Shown one piece after another: positions 49,799 through 58,970 of a DNA stretch of 64,000 nucleotides. Under the pieces are notes generated by a model that ran no database searches, had not been told where the DNA came from, and was given only the letters and a program-made list of their open reading frames with translations. The position numbers and the translations under genes are program-made. The stretch comes from an uncultured Comamonadaceae bacterium (GTDB lineage Bacteria > Pseudomonadota > Gammaproteobacteria > Burkholderiales > Burkholderiaceae_C). Position 1 is the first letter of the stretch. The number at the start of each line of letters is the position of its first letter. The DNA is taken from assembly GCA_965650725.1 (NCBI GenBank), contig CBFGPX010000001.1:18665-82664 (forward strand). Reading direction: 5' to 3'.

Positions 49799-51385
49799 TC
49801 AATTCCGCGTCAGGGCTCCATCCCGACGACGCCACACGCCGCGTTCATTCGGCTCGCGCAACACTGCGGGAAGCAGCGCACGCGGCAGGTTCTGGTAGCT
49901 GACCGGGCGCAGGAAGCGCTGGATGGCAGCGGTACCGACGGAGCTGCTGCGGCCGTCGCTGGTGGCCGGGAAGGGGCCGCCGTGGACCATGGCCGTCGAG
50001 ACCTCGACGCCGGTGGGGAAGCCGTTGGCCAGGATGCGGCCGACCTTGCGCTCCAGCGCCGGCAGCAGCGCGCGGGCGATGGCGATGTCGGCCTCGTCGT
50101 CGTCCTGCAGTTGCAGCGTGGCGGTCAGCTGGCCTTCCAGGCCCTCGATGACGGCCAGCAGTTCGGCCTCGTCCTGGCAGGCGACCAGCAGCGACGCCGG
50201 GCCGAAGATCTCGGACTGCATGGCGTGGTTGGCCAGGAAGGCAGCGCCCGTGGTCTTGAACAGGCTGGGCGCGCCGGTGCAGGCGGCGGACTGGCCGCGC
50301 AGCAGCGCGTCCACCTGCGGCTGGCCGGCCAGCGCCGCCTCGCCGCGCTGGTAGGCGCCGGCGATGCCGGGCGTCAGCATGGTGGCGGCGGGCACGGGCT
50401 TGAGCGCCTCGGCGGCGGCGGTCGCGAAGCGATCGAAATCGGCACCCGCGATGCCCAGCACCAGGCCGGGGTTGGTGCAGAACTGGCCCACGCCCATCGT
50501 CAGCGAGCCGGCGAAGCCGGTGGCGATCTCCGCGCCGCGCTTGGCGAGCGCGCCGGGCAGCAGGATGGTGGGGTTGATGCTGCTCATCTCGGCATAGACC
50601 GGAATGGGCTGCGGACGGGCTGCGGCCACGGCCATCATCGCCAGGCAGCCGGCCCGCGAGCCGGTGAAGCCCACGGCCTGGATGGCGGGGTGCTTCACGA
50701 GCGCCGTGCCGATGTCGTTGCCGTTGCCGGGCAGCAGCGCGAACACGCCGGCGGGCAGCTTGGACAGCTTGACCGCCTCGATGACCGCGCGGCCGACCAA
50801 CTCGGACGTGCCGGGGTGGGCCGGGTGGCCCTTGACGACGACGGGGCAGCCTGCAGCCAGCGCGGCGGCGGTGTCGCCGCCGGCGACCGAGAAGGCCAGC
50901 GGGAAGTTGCTGGCGCCGAACACGGCGACGGGGCCCACGCCGATGAAGCGCAGACGCAGGTCGGGCCGCGGCGGCGTGCGCGTGGGCAGCGCGGTGTCGA
51001 TGCGGGCGTCCTGCCAGCTGCCTTCGCGCAGCAGTTCGGCGAACAGCTTCAGCTGGTTCATCGTGCGGCCCCGCTCGCCTTCCAGGCGGGCACGCGGCAG
51101 GCCGCTCTCGGCCATGGCGCGGACGATGAGGTCGTCGCCCAGCGCCAGGATCTGCGCGGCGATCTGCTCCAGGAAGTCGGCACGCTCGTGGTCGGTCGTC
51201 GCGCGGAAGGCATCGAACGCGGCGTTGGCCAAGTTGCAGGCCTGCTCGACCTGGGCCGTGTCCACCGAATGGAAATCGGGGCCGAGGGCGGCGTTCTTGC
51301 TGGGGTCGAACCCCTGGAAGGCGGCGCCGTTGCCGCGCACGGCCTCACCACCGATCAGGGCGAGGCCTTGGATCGCGTTGCTCAT
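49799..51385 (-). CDS. alpha-ketoglutarate semialdehyde dehydrogenase (NADP+ aldehyde dehydrogenase)
   Basis: FGASNFPLAFSVAGGD, FTGS, EMSS, GQFCTNPG, HGGPFPAT; adjacent to arabinonate dehydratase. Confidence 0.88.
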   Translation of the reverse strand: MSNAIQGLALIGGEAVRGNGAAFQGFDPSKNAALGPDFHSVDTAQVEQACNLANAAFDAFRATTDHERADFLEQIAAQILALGDDLIVRAMAESGLPRARLEGERGRTMNQLKLFAELLREGSWQDARIDTALPTRTPPRPDLRLRFIGVGPVAVFGASNFPLAFSVAGGDTAAALAAGCPVVVKGHPAHPGTSELVGRAVIEAVKLSKLPAGVFALLPGNGNDIGTALVKHPAIQAVGFTGSRAGCLAMMAVAAARPQPIPVYAEMSSINPTILLPGALAKRGAEIATGFAGSLTMGVGQFCTNPGLVLGIAGADFDRFATAAAEALKPVPAATMLTPGIAGAYQRGEAALAGQPQVDALLRGQSAACTGAPSLFKTTGAAFLANHAMQSEIFGPASLLVACQDEAELLAVIEGLEGQLTATLQLQDDDEADIAIARALLPALERKVGRILANGFPTGVEVSTAMVHGGPFPATSDGRSSSVGTAAIQRFLRPVSYQNLPRALLPAVLREPNERGVWRRRDGALTRN

Positions 51386-51397
51386 GAATTCAAACCT

Positions 51398-53152
51398 TCA
51401 ATGTGAATGGCGCGGGACGGCCGAGCCGCGACAGCCGCGCAGGAAATCAAAATCGCAGCCCTCGTCGGCCTGCAGCACGTGCTGCACGTAGAGGTGGCGA
51501 TAGCCGGTGGCGTCGGCCGGGTCCACGGTCTGTGCGGCGGCCCAGGCTTCGAGACGCTTCGCGAGCTCTTCCTCGGGCACGTCCAGGTGCAGGCGGCCGG
51601 CAGCGCAGTCCAGCTCGATGAAGTCGCCTTCCTGCACGACGGCCAGCGGGCCGCCGGCGCGGGCTTCGGGCGCCACGTGCAGCACGACGGTGCCGTAGGC
51701 GGTGCCGCTCATGCGGGCGTCGGAGATGCGCACCATGTCCTTCACGCCCTGGCGCAGCAGCTTGGGCGGCAGGCCCATGTTGCCGACCTCGGCCATGCCG
51801 GGGTAGCCCTTGGGGCCGCAGTTCTTCATGACGAGGATGCAACTGGCGTCGACGTCCAGGTCGGGGTCGGCGATGCGGGCCTTGTAGTCGTCGAAGTTCT
51901 CGAACACGACGGCGCGGCCGCGGTGCTTCATCAGCTCGGGCGTCGCGGCCGAGGGCTTGAGCACGGCGCCGCGCGGCGCGAGGTTGCCGCGCAGGATGCA
52001 GATGCCGCCGTCTTCGATCAGCGGCTTGTCCAGCGGGCGGATGACCTCTTCGTCGTAGATGGGCGCATCGTGGCAGTTGTCCCACAGGCTCTTGCCGTTG
52101 ACGGTCAGCGCGCCGGGGTTGGGCACCAGGCCGGCTTCGCCCAGGCGGCGGATGACGCCCGGCAGGCCGCCGGCGTAATAGAACTCTTCCATCAGGAAGC
52201 GGCCCGAGGGCAGCAGATCCACGACGGTGGGCGTGCCGCGGCCGATGCGGGTCCAGTCTTCCAGCTCCAGGTCCACGCCGATGCGGCCGGCGATGGCCTT
52301 CAGGTGGATGACGGCGTTGGTGGAGCCGCCGATGGCCGCGTTGACGCGGATGGCGTTCTCGAAGGCTTGCTTGGTCAGCACCTTGGACAGGCGCAGGTCT
52401 TCCCACACCATGTCGACGATGCGCATGCCGGACAGATGCGCCAGCACATAACGGCGCGCGTCGACGGCGGGAATGGCGGCGTTGTGCGGGAGGGACGTGC
52501 CCAGCGACTCGGCCATGCAGGCCATCGTGGACGCGGTGCCCATGGTGTTGCAGGTGCCGGCCGAGCGCGAGTGGCCGGCCTCGGCGGCCAGGAAGTCGTG
52601 CATCTTGATCTCGCCGGCCTTGACCTGCTCGTGCAGCTGCCACACGGCCGTGCCCGAACCGATGTTCTTGCCGTTGAGCTTGCCGTTCAGCATCGGGCCG
52701 CCGGTGACGACGATGGCCGGCACGTCCACGCTGGCCGCGCCCATCAGCAGCGCGGGCGTGGTCTTGTCGCAGCCGACCAGCAGCACGACGGCGTCGATGG
52801 GGTTGCCGCGGATGCTCTCTTCCACGTCCATGCTGGCGAGGTTGCGCGTCAGCATGGCGGTGGGGCGCAGATTGCTCTCGCCGTTGGAGAACACCGGGAA
52901 CTCGACGGGGTAGCCGCCGGCTTCGAGGATGCCCTTCTTCACATGCTCGGCGAGCTTGCGGAAGTGGGCGTTGCAAGGCGTCAGCTCGCTCCAGGTGTTG
53001 CAGATGCCGATGATGGGCTTGCCCTGGAACTCATGATCCGGGATGCCCTGGTTCTTCATCCAGGAGCGGTACATGAAACCGTTCTTGTCCTGGGTGCCGA
53101 ACCACTCGGCCGAACGCAGCTTGACCTTGCTCTTCTTGTCCTCAGTCGTCAT
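51398..53152 (-). CDS. L-arabinonate dehydratase (IlvD/Edd family)
   Basis: LRSAEWFG.DKNGFMYRSWMKNQG, SELTPCN, GCDKT and SDARMSGT closely match the Azospirillum L-arabinonate dehydratase. Confidence 0.92.
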   Translation of the reverse strand: MTTEDKKSKVKLRSAEWFGTQDKNGFMYRSWMKNQGIPDHEFQGKPIIGICNTWSELTPCNAHFRKLAEHVKKGILEAGGYPVEFPVFSNGESNLRPTAMLTRNLASMDVEESIRGNPIDAVVLLVGCDKTTPALLMGAASVDVPAIVVTGGPMLNGKLNGKNIGSGTAVWQLHEQVKAGEIKMHDFLAAEAGHSRSAGTCNTMGTASTMACMAESLGTSLPHNAAIPAVDARRYVLAHLSGMRIVDMVWEDLRLSKVLTKQAFENAIRVNAAIGGSTNAVIHLKAIAGRIGVDLELEDWTRIGRGTPTVVDLLPSGRFLMEEFYYAGGLPGVIRRLGEAGLVPNPGALTVNGKSLWDNCHDAPIYDEEVIRPLDKPLIEDGGICILRGNLAPRGAVLKPSAATPELMKHRGRAVVFENFDDYKARIADPDLDVDASCILVMKNCGPKGYPGMAEVGNMGLPPKLLRQGVKDMVRISDARMSGTAYGTVVLHVAPEARAGGPLAVVQEGDFIELDCAAGRLHLDVPEEELAKRLEAWAAAQTVDPADATGYRHLYVQHVLQADEGCDFDFLRGCRGSAVPRHSH

Positions 53153-53203
53153 GTCTTGTCTCGGAGTCGTTCTGACAGCGCGCGGGAATTCCGCCTGAAT
53201 TTG

Positions 53204-53270
53204 ATGCTAGGCGCGGGGGGAATTGCAATCCAATCAATTTCCGCCGTGTACCGATATGGAAATTGATATC
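53204..53270 (-). promoter_or_regulatory. conserved activated promoter (candidate LysR regulon) of the dehydratase operon
   Basis: -10 TAGCAT (53209-53204); CAATCAATTT at 53231; GATATGGAAATTGATATC at 53253-53270. Confidence 0.72.
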
Positions 53271-54222
53271 AGTCGTACCGTGAGGGCCTGCCGAACAGCG
53301 GCATGCCCTCATCGCTCCACCGCATGGGCTTCACGAAGGTATGGCGGTCGGGGTTCCACAGCGGGTCGCCCTCGATCTCGGTGTAGGTGCGGGCGTGATA
53401 GACCAGCAGCACCTCATCGGACGAGCGGCCTTCGGTGAAGCTGTTGTGGCCGGGACCGAAGACGCTGTCTTCGGCGCAGCTGCGCATCACCGGCTCGGGC
53501 GACTTGTGCCAGCTGGCCGGGTCCAGCAGGTCGGCGTTCTCGTCGGCCCACAGCAGGCCCATCGCGTAGTTCTCGTCCGTCGCGCTGGCGGAGTAGCTGA
53601 TGAAGACCTTGCCGTGGCGCTGCAGCACCGACGGCCCCTCGTTGACCAGGAAGCCGCGGCATTCCCAGTCGAACTCGGGCTTGCTGAGCATGACCGGCGC
53701 GCCGGCCAGCTGCCAGGGCGTGCTCATCGGCGCGATGTAGAGGTTGGAGTTGCCGGCGATGGCCGGGTCCTTCTGCGCCCACAGGTAGTAGAGCTGGCCG
53801 CGATGGGTGAAGGTGGTGGCATCGAGACAGAAGCTGTCGATGCCGCTGTCCACCTGGCCCAGGAACTCCCATGCACCGGTGAAAGGGTCGGCCGCCGTAT
53901 TGCGGATCGCATACATGCGGTGCTGGAACATGCCCAGATGGTCCAGCGCCCGGGTGTGGGCCGCCGCGAAGTAGACGTACCAGGCGCCTTGGTTGAAATG
54001 CAGCTCGGGCGCCCAGATCAGCTCGGACCAGGGTCCCGTGTCGGGCTTGCGCCAAGCGACGAAGGCCGGCGCGTCCACCAAGCCCTGGATCGTGGACGCT
54101 CGGCGCAGTTCGATGCGGTCGTACTGCGGCACCGAGGCGGTGAAGTAGTACAGGCCGTCGGCGTGGTGGCTGATGTGGGGATCGGCGCGCTGGCGGATCA
54201 GCGGCTCAAGCAGGTCGGACAT
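53269..54222 (-). CDS. GH43 alpha-L-arabinofuranosidase (GH43_26-like), cytoplasmic paralogue
   Basis: QRADP, WAPELH, CLDAT, VNEGP, GPGHNSF; no signal peptide. Confidence 0.88.
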   Translation of the reverse strand: MSDLLEPLIRQRADPHISHHADGLYYFTASVPQYDRIELRRASTIQGLVDAPAFVAWRKPDTGPWSELIWAPELHFNQGAWYVYFAAAHTRALDHLGMFQHRMYAIRNTAADPFTGAWEFLGQVDSGIDSFCLDATTFTHRGQLYYLWAQKDPAIAGNSNLYIAPMSTPWQLAGAPVMLSKPEFDWECRGFLVNEGPSVLQRHGKVFISYSASATDENYAMGLLWADENADLLDPASWHKSPEPVMRSCAEDSVFGPGHNSFTEGRSSDEVLLVYHARTYTEIEGDPLWNPDRHTFVKPMRWSDEGMPLFGRPSRYD

Positions 54223-54241
54223 GGGTACAGCGGCGGATAAG

Positions 54242-54278
54242 AAAAAAGGGCGTTGCCCGGGAGGCCCGTGCAACGCCC
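54242..54278 (-). terminator. intrinsic terminator after the TonB-dependent receptor
   Basis: Minus strand GGGCGTTGC...GCAACGCCC followed by T6. Confidence 0.75.
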
Positions 54279-54308
54279 GCAACGAGGAAGAGTTTCAGCC
54301 TCGCAGGA

Positions 54309-57176
54309 TCAGAGCTTCCAGCGGAACCCGACCGACACCGAGCGGCCGGTCTGCACCGTACCAAAGTTGGTCAACTCGGGGCTGCCCGCGTCGCCGAACT
54401 TGTAGTACTGCTGCTGCATCTCGTTCGTCAGGTTGACGCCGCTGATGTCCAGCGCCATGCGGTCGTTGATGTTGTAGGTCAGCTGGAAGTCCACGCTCTT
54501 CTCCGGCTGGCGCCAGATGCCGATCGGGTTGGCGAACAGCGCGGCTTCGTTGGCGGCCAGGAAGGCGGCGCGACGAACGTAGGACAGGCGTGCGCCGACC
54601 GGGCCCTTCTCGTAGGCCAGCGTGGCGTTCCACGACAGCTTGGACACGCCGAAGAACGGCGCTTCGAGCTGCGACACGATCTCGCCGGCGTTGTTGGCGG
54701 TCGGCACGTTCTGCGACGAGGTCAGGCGGGTCACGCTGCCCTGGAAGCCCAGGCCGTCCAGATACCACGGCAGATTCTTCGGGAAGTAGATCGCGCCAAG
54801 TTCGAGGCCGCTGATCTTGCCGTTGGAGGCGTTGACCGGCGAGCTGATGACGTAGTCGTAGCCATTGGTGTGATCGCCGCCCGAGGTGGAGTTGCGGAAC
54901 GGATCGTTGGCCGGGTCGACGTGGATGCGGCGGCGCAGCGGCACGACCAGACCCTCGATCTTGCGCTGGAACACGGTGCCGTACAGCGCACTGTCCTTCT
55001 GGAAGTACCACTCGCCCGTCAGGTCCAGGTTCTTGGAGCGGGTGGGCTCCAGGCCCGGGTTGCCGCCGCTGCCGCCGCCGTAGCCGACGCGGGAGACGTC
55101 GTCGCTGAGCTGCAGCACCGGGTTCAGATCGCCGAAGCCCGGGCGGCGCAGCGTTTCACCGTAGTTGAAGCGCACCAGCACATCCTTGGCCGGCTCGTAG
55201 CGCAGCGTCAGGCTGGGCAGGAACTTGCGGGCGGTCTTCTCGCCGAACTTCGGCGTCGCGACCTTGGTGGTGGCGTTGACGTCGTAGGCGGTCATGTGGG
55301 TCTTGACCTGCACATAGCGCACGCCGAAGTTGGCGCGCAGCGAGCGGCCGAACAGCTGGTGCTCAGAGTCGGCCATCAGGAAGGCGTTCGTCGTGTCTTC
55401 CTTGACCTGGAAGGTCTTCTGCAGGTACAGCTTGTCGGTCGTCAGGAAGTTCGCATCGACCGAGTTGTAGAGCTTGCGCCAGGCGTCCACGTTGTCGCGG
55501 ATGTAGTAGGCGTTGGGCTCGATCCAGGAGCGCGGCACGTCGGAGATGTCGGTGCCGAAGCCCGAGTTGACGTGGTAGTAGTCCGCGCCCAGCGAGGCCA
55601 GGTTGCGGCCCAGGAAGGCCGACTGCGTGCGGTTGGCTTCCGACGCCTTGCGGCTGTCGAAGCGCACGCCGAAGTTCAGCGTCTTCACGGGACCCCAGTC
55701 GAGGTCGTACTGGCCGTTCAGGCTGGCCGTGCCCGCGCTGCCCTCATTGCGGTTGGCGTTGTCGTAGAACTGCGCGACGTTCCACTTGGTGGGGTCGGTC
55801 AGGTCGGCGTTGTTGTTGTTGAACTTGAACGCCATGTTGCCGCCGCCGGCATTGAAATCGACGGTGATCTGCGGCGCGACGCGGTCGATGCGGGTGGCGG
55901 TGAATTCCGAGTGGAACTTGCTGGTCTGGTACGAGATGTCACCGTCCAGGCGCAGGCGGTCACCCAGGTTCCACTTGCCGTTCAGCGCGTAGACGTAGGA
56001 GTCGGTGGCCGACGTGAGGTAGTCGCCGCTGTTGAAGGCGTAGACGTCGTTGACGACGCGCGTCTTGATGACGTTGGTGCCCGGGAAGGTCGTGATCGTG
56101 CTGGCCGGGTTGGCGCCGAGGTTGCCCCACCAGTCGGCAAAGCTGAACAGCAGCTTGGTGAAGGCCTTGTCGCGGTAGCCGTTGTACATCGCCTCGAAGG
56201 TGTACTCGGCGTCATCGTTGGGCTTCCATTGCAGCGCCAGGTTGGCGGCGGGGCGCTCGCGCTGGCCCGCCACGTCGGCCTGGAACACGGCGTCACGCGC
56301 CAGGTAGTAGGGGCGCTGCGTGCCGCCGAAGTTCAGCGTCGAGCCGGCCTTCTGCGGCAGGCCGGTGTAGGTGCCGGGCGTCCAGACGTTGTTGTCGAAG
56401 ATGCGCTGCAGCGGCGTGTAGCCCGCCGGCTGTTCCGAGGCATTGGGGCTGGTGAACGGCACCATGGCGCCCGGCGTCACGCTTTCGTTGCGGTAGTCGG
56501 TCTTGACCATCGACAGGTTGACCAGCGCACCGATGTCGCCGATGTCGGTCTTCCAGCGGTTGCTGGCCAGCGCGCTCAGCTGCGGGTTCCACTTCTCAGC
56601 CGGGTCCAGGTAGGTGCCACGTGCCAGCACCGAAAGCCGGGCGCCCTTGAAGTCGAAGGGGCGCAGCGACTTCACGTCGATCTGGCCGGCAATGCCGTTC
56701 TCCAGCTGGCTGGCGTCACGGGTCTTGAAGACGTCGATCTGGCGCACCAGCGTGGAGGGGATGTCCTGCAGCGCGACCTGCGTGCCGGACGCGGTGAAGA
56801 TGTTGCGGCCGTTCCAGGTGGTCGCGATGTCGGGCATGCCGCGGATGGAGATGGCGCCCACCTCGCCGCCGGCGCGGTTCGTGACCTGGATGCCCGTCAC
56901 GCGCTGCAGCGCCTCGACGACGTTGTTGTCGGGCAGCTTGCCGATGTCTTCGGCCACCACCGATTCCACGACCTGGTCGTTGGTGCGCTTGTTCGCCAGG
57001 CTCTTGGTCAGCGAAGCCCGGACGCCGGTGACCACCACCGTTTCCAACTCCTTGGCGGCTTCCTGGGCCAGGGCGTGGGTAGACAGGGCGGCAAGCGCGG
57101 CGGCGGCCGTCAGGCGCAGCGCGAAGCGGGAGGTATTGGCGCACGCACGCAGCGGCACCAGGGCTGGTTTGTTCAT
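54309..57176 (-). CDS. TonB-dependent receptor (carbohydrate type)
   Basis: Signal peptide; TonB box ETVVVTG; plug AEDIGKLPD..VEALQRVTG; GNPGLEP; beta-barrel C-terminus. Confidence 0.95.
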   Translation of the reverse strand: MNKPALVPLRACANTSRFALRLTAAAALAALSTHALAQEAAKELETVVVTGVRASLTKSLANKRTNDQVVESVVAEDIGKLPDNNVVEALQRVTGIQVTNRAGGEVGAISIRGMPDIATTWNGRNIFTASGTQVALQDIPSTLVRQIDVFKTRDASQLENGIAGQIDVKSLRPFDFKGARLSVLARGTYLDPAEKWNPQLSALASNRWKTDIGDIGALVNLSMVKTDYRNESVTPGAMVPFTSPNASEQPAGYTPLQRIFDNNVWTPGTYTGLPQKAGSTLNFGGTQRPYYLARDAVFQADVAGQRERPAANLALQWKPNDDAEYTFEAMYNGYRDKAFTKLLFSFADWWGNLGANPASTITTFPGTNVIKTRVVNDVYAFNSGDYLTSATDSYVYALNGKWNLGDRLRLDGDISYQTSKFHSEFTATRIDRVAPQITVDFNAGGGNMAFKFNNNNADLTDPTKWNVAQFYDNANRNEGSAGTASLNGQYDLDWGPVKTLNFGVRFDSRKASEANRTQSAFLGRNLASLGADYYHVNSGFGTDISDVPRSWIEPNAYYIRDNVDAWRKLYNSVDANFLTTDKLYLQKTFQVKEDTTNAFLMADSEHQLFGRSLRANFGVRYVQVKTHMTAYDVNATTKVATPKFGEKTARKFLPSLTLRYEPAKDVLVRFNYGETLRRPGFGDLNPVLQLSDDVSRVGYGGGSGGNPGLEPTRSKNLDLTGEWYFQKDSALYGTVFQRKIEGLVVPLRRRIHVDPANDPFRNSTSGGDHTNGYDYVISSPVNASNGKISGLELGAIYFPKNLPWYLDGLGFQGSVTRLTSSQNVPTANNAGEIVSQLEAPFFGVSKLSWNATLAYEKGPVGARLSYVRRAAFLAANEAALFANPIGIWRQPEKSVDFQLTYNINDRMALDISGVNLTNEMQQQYYKFGDAGSPELTNFGTVQTGRSVSVGFRWKL

Positions 57177-57267
57177 GTTGTCTCCGGGATCGTTTTGGGA
57201 GGAGCGGCCAACCTCGACAGCCGTCCCGGCCTCGTCAGGGAGCCGGGTGGAGCTGGGGTCTCAATTC

Positions 57268-57334
57268 ATGCTAGGGGGCCGACTGATCCCGTACTAATCA
57301 CATTTTTGGATTTATCGATGCCGCTTTTCGCATC
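57268..57334 (-). promoter_or_regulatory. conserved activated promoter (candidate LysR regulon) of the TonB-dependent receptor
   Basis: -10 TAGCAT (57273-57268); TAATCACATT at 57295; GATGCCGCTTTTCGCATC at 57317-57334. Confidence 0.7.
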
Positions 57335-57432
57335 GTTACCGCGGGTATCCCCGGAGGCGCCACCTCACCGACCCAGCACCCGGACGCTGGTGCACCCGTA
57401 TTATCGAAAATCGACTCCACAGGCCTGAATCC

Positions 57433-58704
57433 ATGCCATCCGAGGCTATTGAAAAACCCACCACAAACTCACGACAACCCGCCGGGTTATTTGTCCTGGC
57501 AGGTTCTGAAATGTGGGAGCGATTCAGTTTCTACGGCGTGCGATCGCTGCTGGTCCTGTACCTGGTGGAGGCTTTGCAATATTCGCGCGCGGACGCGCTG
57601 TCGGTATATGGCTGGTATACGGGCTCGGCATTTTTCTGCGCCATCTTGGGCGGCTGGCTCGCCGATCGCCTGCTGGGCCAGCGCCGCGCCGTCGTGCTTG
57701 GGATGGCGCTGATGATGGCGGGCCACATCGCGCTCGGCCTGGACCAGCCGGTCGGCCTCGCACTGGGTTTGCTGGCGGTCGGGACCGGCCTGTTCAAACC
57801 CACGACGACGGCCATGGTCGGCCAGCTATATGAATCCGACGATGCCAGACGCCAAGGTGGATATACCGTCTTCTATATGGGGATCAATATAGGGGCAGCG
57901 TTGTCAGCGCTGATCGGCGGATATCTGGCCCAACGGTACGGCTGGAGTTACGGCTTCCTCGCCGCGGCGGTGGGCATGGCTGTGGGCGTGGTCGTCTTCC
58001 TGGCCGGCTGGCGCTACCTGCCCGCCGCCGTGGCGCCGGCGCCGCAGCCGGCACGCGCCGCCTGGAGTGATGCGTCGGCGCGACGCCGCATCCAGGTCAT
58101 CCTGCTGATGTCGGTCGTTGCCATCTGCTTCTACCTGGGCTACGAGCAGGCGGCCGGCGTCATGACGCTGTTCGTGCGCGACCACGTGTCGCCGCAGTTC
58201 CTCGGCTTTGAGCTGACGGCCGCGCAGTTCCTGGCCGTGAATCCCATCCTCGTCATCCTGCTGGCGCCGCTGTCGGCGCGGCTGCTCGCGCGGCTCGACT
58301 GGCCGGAGTTCCGCGTGCAGGGCCTGGGCATGCTGGTGCTGGGCGCCAGCTTTGTGCTGCTGCAGGGTCTGCAAGGCCTGGCCGCGCAAGGGCAGGTCGT
58401 CCCCGCCTGGATGATGGTGGGCGTCATCGGCGTGCAGACGGTGGCGGAACTGCTGGTCGTGCCCATAGGCCTGGCCGTGGTGTCGCGCTACGGCCCGGCC
58501 GGCTGGGGCTCCACGCTGATGGGCGCCTGGATGCTGGCCAAGGCCACGGCCGGGCTGCTGGCCGGCCAGCTGTACGGCTGGCTGCTGCCGACGGGCCTGT
58601 CGCTGTACCTGGTGGTGACGGCCATCAGCTTCGCCGGCGGCCTGCTGCTGATCTCGGTGTCGGGCGCGCTGCGGCGCTACGCGGGCATGGGCGGCGGCGC
58701 GTGA
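57433..58704 (+). CDS. POT/PTR family peptide MFS transporter
   Basis: EMWERFSFYG (ExxER motif), GGWLADRLLG, GTGLFKP, FYMGINIG. Confidence 0.88.
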   Translation: MPSEAIEKPTTNSRQPAGLFVLAGSEMWERFSFYGVRSLLVLYLVEALQYSRADALSVYGWYTGSAFFCAILGGWLADRLLGQRRAVVLGMALMMAGHIALGLDQPVGLALGLLAVGTGLFKPTTTAMVGQLYESDDARRQGGYTVFYMGINIGAALSALIGGYLAQRYGWSYGFLAAAVGMAVGVVVFLAGWRYLPAAVAPAPQPARAAWSDASARRRIQVILLMSVVAICFYLGYEQAAGVMTLFVRDHVSPQFLGFELTAAQFLAVNPILVILLAPLSARLLARLDWPEFRVQGLGMLVLGASFVLLQGLQGLAAQGQVVPAWMMVGVIGVQTVAELLVVPIGLAVVSRYGPAGWGSTLMGAWMLAKATAGLLAGQLYGWLLPTGLSLYLVVTAISFAGGLLLISVSGALRRYAGMGGGA

Positions 58705-58714
58705 CCGCCACCCA

Positions 58715-58948
58715 TCAGCGCCCGTGCGGCCAGGTGCCCTTGGACACCGGCGCCTTGGCGGCCTTGGTGCGCGACACCCACAGCTTGTAGGCCGCCGGCG
58801 TCAGCTCGCGCTTGAGCAGCGCCACCAGCTCGCCGTGGCCGATGCCATGCTCGATGAGCACCTTGCGGAAGGGCGGCTTGTCGTCCCAGGCGGTGGCGAT
58901 GACGCGCTGGGTCTCTTCGGGGCTGAGGCGGGGTGCGGACTTGGCCAT
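58715..58948 (-). CDS. DUF2805/TIGR03643-like small protein
   Basis: RVIATAWDDKPPF...LLKRELTPAAYKLW pattern. Confidence 0.7.
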   Translation of the reverse strand: MAKSAPRLSPEETQRVIATAWDDKPPFRKVLIEHGIGHGELVALLKRELTPAAYKLWVSRTKAAKAPVSKGTWPHGR

Positions 58949-58970
58949 GGCCGCATTGTCCGCCCGCCGC

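Noticed and set aside
51398-53152. ilvD (dihydroxy-acid dehydratase)
   Set aside because: N-terminal sequence and context match the sugar-acid (L-arabinonate) dehydratase
57433-58704. POT transporter as importer of cyanophycin dipeptides
   Set aside because: 55 kb from the cyanophycinase with no linkage evidence
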